From: Balanoglossus misakiensis | Taxonomy: Eukaryota > Animalia > Hemichordata | DNA: 64,000 nt | Assembly (NCBI GenBank): GCA_040954595.2 | Contig: CM082583.2 | Span: forward strand, 3,853,060-3,917,059 | Direction of reading: 5' to 3' | Shown: positions 57,801 to 64,000 of the stretch, piece by piece | Layout of the letters: each line of letters starts with the position of its first letter | Position numbering within the stretch: position 1 is the first letter of the stretch | Program-made: the position numbers and the translations under genes | Notes under the pieces: generated by a model | Seen by the model: only the letters and a program-made list of their open reading frames with translations | Databases searched by the model: none | Told to the model about the DNA's origin: nothing

Positions 57801-57994
57801 GGGTCGCCATTGTTCTGGTAGTCTGCGTGCTGGTTATCCAGCGCAACAAATCGAAGAAGGCACTGTATGCGATAAACGAGGCAGAGGCTCACCAGAATCC
57901 GTACGTGGAAAGTGGCAAATGTAATTTCGCTATGTCAGAAGAAACAATCGATGGTGGTGCACGAGAAAGCTACACTCACCCACAATCTGACTAA
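48869..57994 (+). CDS. CLCA: Calcium-activated chloride channel regulator (CLCA) family zinc metalloprotease, type I membrane form; exons 48869-49036, 50967-51255, 51722-51987, 52206-52448, 52688-52906, 53610-53906, 54391-54612, 55329-55593, 56292-56456, 57044-57253, 57390-57994
   Basis: Signal peptide; YTGILIAIHENVAED; PYTNQFEPCGQEGQFIHLT; zincin VHEWGHLRWGLFDEY; vWA MIDAS VLDVSGSM; LLDNGAGGDLVKDDGIYSG; FN3 PSRITDL..TWTAPGNDLDRG; C-terminal transmembrane helix. Confidence 0.95.
49208..49343. mobile_element. MITE of the 1571-1671 family
   Basis: CAATCTGATTATAA...GTCGCCGTACCCTACATCTGATTTCAATCAGACTG. Confidence 0.65.
49595..50490. repeat. Nested tandem duplications in CLCA intron 1
   Basis: A ~207-bp unit starting with poly-C/poly-A then GTTTACATGCACTGC at 49595-49802 and 49805-50010 (near identical) and about 50163-50340 (diverged). 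The following block at about 50010-50150 recurs at about 50340-50490. Confidence 0.85.
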
Positions 57995-60140
57995 GACAGA
58001 TTTAAAGAAGTTTTAAATGATCGTTAAAGATATTTCACATAACACATATAAAATGTCTATTGGACTTCATCTTTTAGTTAAGGTACATATTAACTTTGGT
58101 TTAACATAGCAAATTTCTGGCACAAATGATTTTTACCCAAAATATCAATGGAAAGTTCTTTATATGAAATTTTTCCCAGTGTCATCAACATTTTCACAGC
58201 TCAAGTTCTAGGTTATAATAGTTGTAAAAGTAAAATAAATCACACACACACACAGACTTCAGTTCATGGTTTACATGACCATGTCATTTTATTCAGATTA
58301 TTTTACGCTAGACTAAACGAAACACATGTCGAATTAGCGATGACTGGTTTCAGACTTAATTCAATGTGGAATTACTCCAAAACCAAAGAAGATACAAAAA
58401 TTATGACTTGGTGGCTGAAGGATTACTATTGAATCTAAATAACTGGATACTCACTATATTTTAGGACCTTGTGCAATGGCAGCGCGCAAAATAAACGGAA
58501 AACACATATCCTTAAACAATATATTGCTTACTTTGTATGCTAAGAACCGCAACTGTATTGCTTTCAGTGGTTCTTGATCACGTCGACATTTGGTTGAAAA
58601 AGCCACCAGTATGGTGAAAACAAACGCTACGGGACCCATTTCCTTCACATCAAGATCACTTTGGTCTCTAGAGAGTAGGAAATAAAAAGTTGCGTTCATA
58701 AGTTAGCTTGCTTCTGGAGAAGGTATTTCATTCAAAATCTTCGTTTCACCAGGAGATGGTCAGAATTTTACCAACCCCTTTCAAGCACAAGCTCAACCTG
58801 AGTTTAAACCCAACCACGTCTAAAGCCGAAAGCCAGGCTTGTCATAGCATGCAGTAAGGTTTGCCAAAGGAAGGATTGTCCACTGTGACGACAGACCCCA
58901 GTCTCGGTGACCCAGAAGAAGCAGAGGAGTCTGGGTAACCGAAACTTGGCAGACCCATGCCGATTGTGTCTCATTTCCCACAGTGCAGTGCGTGGACTGA
59001 ACCTCACACCACACAATGAACAAAATGAATCAACATGAGCGTTAAATGTGTTTAAAATCGTTTCAATGGAAGTGTTTACTGTGACTACAATCAGCGCCAA
59101 AAGCTTCTCTCACGTGGCAAGTGTTTGTTCTGTAAGGGGCTTGGCTATCTTGTATTCTGGGGTCGTGAAAAACATTCTGTAACGATTCCGAGTTGGCATT
59201 TGGTGGGGGGGGGGGGTAGGGGGAATCAGCCACTGTAGGCAAGCAAAGAGACCCAAACAAATGCAGCAACGAGTATCTTTCAATTACAGCGTCTTGTCTC
59301 ATTTTTCCGCGCACCGTTCGGAAGGGATTACACTTTAAAATATTATATCATTTTCACATACATTCTGGATCCCACAAAATACCCTACAGACACATCCATT
59401 AACATGACAAACAACATGTACAGCCTATGACAACTTTCGCCTTTCTTTGAAAGTAAAACAAGGAACTAACACCTATGCAGAACCGGTTTCCCCACTGTGT
59501 TGCATACCTAAGGTATATTGTCAAAACTCGAGCTCTAACCAAATCCAAGCTTTCGATGATGAAAGAGTAAACGCTTCAGTGGAGACAAAACTCTCCATCC
59601 AGACCACCCTCACCAGTGATCAAGTCTTTTGCAAAATTGAGAATCTATTACACAGAATGAAAAAGGCAGTGCTTTAATATATGTTGCTCGTGAAAAATGG
59701 TGCGGCAAAATTCGCCTAATTTTAGGATTCGCCGGAGAATCGGTCGCATTCCCAATCTTCCAAATCACCCCCCCCCCCACCATATCACATGGTTTACCCG
59801 TAAATGATTGCACAGTCCGTCGCAGGCTGGACGTGTGCAAGTTTGGATACCTATATATACACACAAGTTTACAAATAGATACATTACAATGTTTGCACAA
59901 GTATTTAAGGTTATCTCATCTGTAATCCCCTACTAACTGTAGAGCATCAGTATTGGAAGAAGCAAATAAGCCGAAGGCGTTGTAGTCGACGCTCGGATGA
60001 AAACGGTCGTGTTTAAAACCACTTTCTTTATAGCGAGGGATTCAAGATAGCGCAGACGGGGCAACGCAGCACAGACGAAACACAGAAAACACCCTTGTGA
60101 TTAACATAGGCATTCAGACAAGGTGAGAGGATTAGACAGA

Positions 60141-61478
60141 ATGATGGACAGCGGAGATCATGGTCACGTAAAGCGAGGACGAAATTTCCAGTGTTGGTCC
60201 TCTCCGAGTCCAAATTCAAGGACGACATCGCGCTTATCTGAAGACACTGACAGTTTGAACCACCACGATGGGAAAGTGAAATCTTACTGGGATAAGATGG
60301 ACGTTGAGAACCAGCGTCAGTTTGGTACCACTGGGCGATATACGGTGTCTACAAACTCTACGCGTCGGCATTCTTGTTTCCTTCACGCGACAATTCCAAC
60401 CAACCACAAACCTGAAAGGATAGCTCGTAGTCGAGCACAGCTGACACAATTATCAAAAGAAGACGAAGATCATCTTGTACAACCCAGAACTAAAGAGGAA
60501 ATGATCGCATTGAGGAAAATTCGTCTTCCACCTTCAAGATTTGGACACAAACCTGCTGAATATTTTCTACCATCACATCAACTGGGCTATACATCTCCTC
60601 ACAGTAAAGACGGTGGACTTTCAGACTGTCGTCAACGTTCACATACATGTGATGGGGTCTCAGGGATGGCAAATGTCTCCCAGCATACGAAAGCATTAAA
60701 TTCCGTGAAGCATAAACACGCCGCCTTTAAAACGATCAGCCCCGAATCGCGCCAGAACTTTAGGAAGGAGAGCGTTTCAGTGAATGCAGACAGTGTGAGG
60801 TCAAAAGTGGTGAATTATGACTGTGAGAAACCTTGCAAATGCGACAAGACAGACCGTAAAATCACGACTGACCGAGTCGATTCCGACGAGAACAAACGAC
60901 GACGGAAAAGTTTGCAAGGTGGAAGTAAGGGTCAACAAATACCACTTCAAGCCATGGTTATGACGGTCCATGCATTGGACAAACAGCGAAGACGCAGCAA
61001 AGACATGAGTAAGACAAAGCATGACAATGCTATTGTGTTGGATGGTGTTGAGTTACACGTGCCTTCTCTACAAACTGTCAAAGATGTCATTCTGCAGGAC
61101 GAAGAAGACAGAAAACGGAATGCAGCCAAGGCATCGGATAGATATCTTGGCTTTATGCCAGGACGTAGAGACGCTGATTTCACCAAGACAACTTTGAATT
61201 CCGCCCTCATGTCAGATGTCGAGGAGAGAAAATTGCTCATTCCGCCGAAAAAGGGCAAACATCAACGACCAATAAAGTTAGCGACAATGGTGGGTATCGC
61301 AATGAGAATGCAAAGACTTAGCAAAATGACCAAACCAAAAGCTAACAAGACATCGATTTTTAATAAATCGCCAGTGTTGCAAGTCAGACCAGATACGAAA
61401 AATGTCGAATTGGAGGACTTGATCAAAGATTTGAGAAAATGTTTATATTTAAGAATAGACGAGGGAAAAACTGACTAG
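60141..61478 (+). CDS. Uncharacterised basic, low-complexity ~445-aa protein; single coding exon
   Basis: 1.35-kb open frame (track start 60123 is GTG, first ATG at 60141); Lys/Arg/Ser-rich; ends ELEDLIKDLRKCLYLRIDEGKTD*. Confidence 0.72.
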   Translation: MMDSGDHGHVKRGRNFQCWSSPSPNSRTTSRLSEDTDSLNHHDGKVKSYWDKMDVENQRQFGTTGRYTVSTNSTRRHSCFLHATIPTNHKPERIARSRAQLTQLSKEDEDHLVQPRTKEEMIALRKIRLPPSRFGHKPAEYFLPSHQLGYTSPHSKDGGLSDCRQRSHTCDGVSGMANVSQHTKALNSVKHKHAAFKTISPESRQNFRKESVSVNADSVRSKVVNYDCEKPCKCDKTDRKITTDRVDSDENKRRRKSLQGGSKGQQIPLQAMVMTVHALDKQRRRSKDMSKTKHDNAIVLDGVELHVPSLQTVKDVILQDEEDRKRNAAKASDRYLGFMPGRRDADFTKTTLNSALMSDVEERKLLIPPKKGKHQRPIKLATMVGIAMRMQRLSKMTKPKANKTSIFNKSPVLQVRPDTKNVELEDLIKDLRKCLYLRIDEGKTD

Positions 61479-64000
61479 TATACATTAAAAAACAGCGCAA
61501 GGCGACGAGATATGTTCAAATATCGAAGATGAATATTAAATGACAGTTGTAATTTTTAATATTTTTTCCAGATTTGTTAGTTTTTGGTATCGACGTTTAG
61601 TCTTTAACTTTACTGTATTAATTATGTTGAGCACGCATTTCAACACATTAGGTACTTCTGACAACTGGTGTCGTATGCAGTGCAACAATACAGAATCAGT
61701 GATGTTCGTTTGATTATCTAGGATTTCATCCTTTACAAGTCTAAACCTAAAGATGGCTGTTCACGTTTAAACTGAGGACACAAGTGTATTTACATATTTT
61801 TCAACGCTAATTTCAACCCAAGGTGTTTGGTTACACAAAATTCTAACTTTAAACGGACGACTTTCTATAAAAAGAAAAGTTAGAAAACAAACCACAGTCC
61901 ACAGGTGGCCAATGCAATGGTATTCGAGAATAAGACGAGAATACACACAGAGTGTGTTATAATGGCGTCAGCCCATTTTCACCATGACAACGTGGCGCAG
62001 GAGACATTTTAAGAAACACCGTTTTATTGTATTAAATGGCGTAACAATCAGGCCAGTCATGCAAACTATTTAGTTTATTGACAATTCAGCTTTATTACCA
62101 GGCAAACGTATCGATTATTCGATGCAGTGGAAATCGTGGCATTTCACACTGTCATTGTAATTATAGACGCGGTTAAATGGTTTTTGTCTCTTCTTTTATT
62201 TGAACATCCACATAAAATAGTGCGACGTACTTTTTGACTCAGTTCCCGCGTTGACAAATTTGATTTACAGGTTTTTAAAACATGGCGGCGAATTCGCAGG
62301 TCCCTCTACATAATGCAGACTGACCACATGTTGGCGATATGAACAGAATTTAATTTTTGTCAGAGGAATCCGATGACTTCAAGGCCATTAAGGCCTCCAG
62401 AGTTATCCATCTAATCCATTCTTCTTTACCATATTCACACAAATCTTATTATAGACAATGTCCCTACAACTTCATTCAGGACCAACCATGCCAGAGAAAA
62501 ACATCATCACTCTTTTCTTTGGAGTCTAACGTGAGTTCTAACATGCCATAAGTAATGTCTTAAAGATAACTTGAATTCTTTGTTCACATAACATGTAAAT
62601 CTTTATGATGCAAGTGAACTTATACAAAAAAAACTGTAGTTATTAAAAATAAATGAAATATAATCATCATTGTGTGGGTTTCCATGTATCTTGTGATAGT
62701 TAATGTTAGATGTCGATGTCAAATTAAATCAATGTATTTACATATTTACACATTTAACTCAATTATACTTTTAGTAATCTATTATTGTGAATTCTTGTAT
62801 TTTTACAGTCACACATTTACAAAAATCTACCCCTTTTGTCGTCTGACGTAATTTTGTTTTGAAATCTTTGTAAGATAAAATATTTGCATGCAATCCTTCT
62901 GTCAAAACCAACTTTGTCTGATTAATATGTATCTGAAATGATTTAAGTGGTATTGTATTATCAAACGTAGATATTTGACGACAATTGATAATGAAATTAA
63001 GATAATTATATCTTAAAATACCTATCGGACATTTATTAAATGCTGAATCAAAAGCATGTTTTGTACTGCTCAGATGTAATGAATAAAATACTACAAAAAT
63101 AAATGCGAGTCTTTAATCAATCCTTTTCTACCTTAATTAATCAGTTAAGTTTTTCAATTAATATGAAGTACAACGTGGAAGATCGTGCACGTTCACTCTA
63201 TGTATTGGATGCGATGTCGATGGACATTCTGTATGCTCTGATGTTTATCCTGTTAGGCCTTACCCTCTGGTGTTGCTGACATTAATTATTTAATCGCTAT
63301 CTCTTTCCAAGTCAAAATTTCCTCCGGCTCAGTGTGTCCTTAGAACCTTTAAATATTCCATCGCTCGGGATAAGTGTGCACGTGTCTTTCCTTTTCATCT
63401 TGTAGGCCTATTCCTCAGTTGTATAATAATCATAAACTCCGTGGGGAGTGTGATTCTTTCTTTAGGAGACGCCTTCAGTTCTCTTTGAGTTCTGACAGTT
63501 TGTAAACGCTATTTCAACGCTCCTCACCCTGTCTCTAGAGTTTGAAAAGTTAGTTTGATATTAAGTATTTATAAAAGTTTCCACTTCATGATACGGAGCC
63601 AAATAATATTATTATTTTATGATTTTTGAGCAATAAAATCGACAACTCATTGTACTAAATCGCATGTTTACTGTACATTCACGACAATTTGGTATTTAAA
63701 GTTGTACGTGTCGTTGTATTTCGAATAACAAAATACTATCACTTTTTTTTTCAATTCAACTTAACAGCTGCAAATTTGCTGTAAGATTTATAAACAGTGA
63801 TCGATTTACCTTCTGAACTTGTTAAACGTGGGGGGGGGGGATTTCATTCCTTTATGCTGTCTTAATACATTATCATTTCTGCATCTCCCCTGCCCTTTTT
63901 TCGTCGTCATTCACATGAGTGCTCTGTTTTGAAAAGTTTTAACAAAACTCAATTCACTAACAAGTTACTCTTTTCGAAACATCTGACGTCACTTCCTCGT

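Noticed and set aside
62271-62551. Acceptor followed by ACATGGCGGCG, a possible gene start or selenoprotein-like TGA
   Set aside because: All frames close quickly (a TAA follows the TGA) and I saw no SECIS or homology; unsupported.

Overview
Gene-dense, AT-rich, intron-containing animal genomic DNA. Gene content and repeat style suggest a marine invertebrate deuterostome such as a hemichordate; this is inference, not established here. By manual splicing I find nine protein-coding loci: RPS15 (+, 5'-truncated), NDUFS7 (-), a divergent intronless 478-aa uncharacterised ORF (+), a secreted EPN-type C-type lectin (+), an unconventional myosin with one IQ and a C-terminal SH2 domain (class XXVIII-like, -), a small secreted single-VWD protein with a GDPH site (+), SAC3D1 (-), a membrane-anchored CLCA metalloprotease (+) and an intronless ~445-aa basic ORF (+). 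The best hidden feature is a pair of 136-nt box C/D RNAs in two different NDUFS7 introns. They carry a D' guide to U6 snRNA (predicted Cm62) and look like SNORD94 homologues in a host other than the vertebrate one. One copy lies just downstream of a tRNA-like Pol III element. Also present are several MITE and hairpin repeat families, two GC-AG introns, microexons, a chain of nuclear-receptor half-sites and microsatellites. Exon coordinates were read by eye and no database searches were run.
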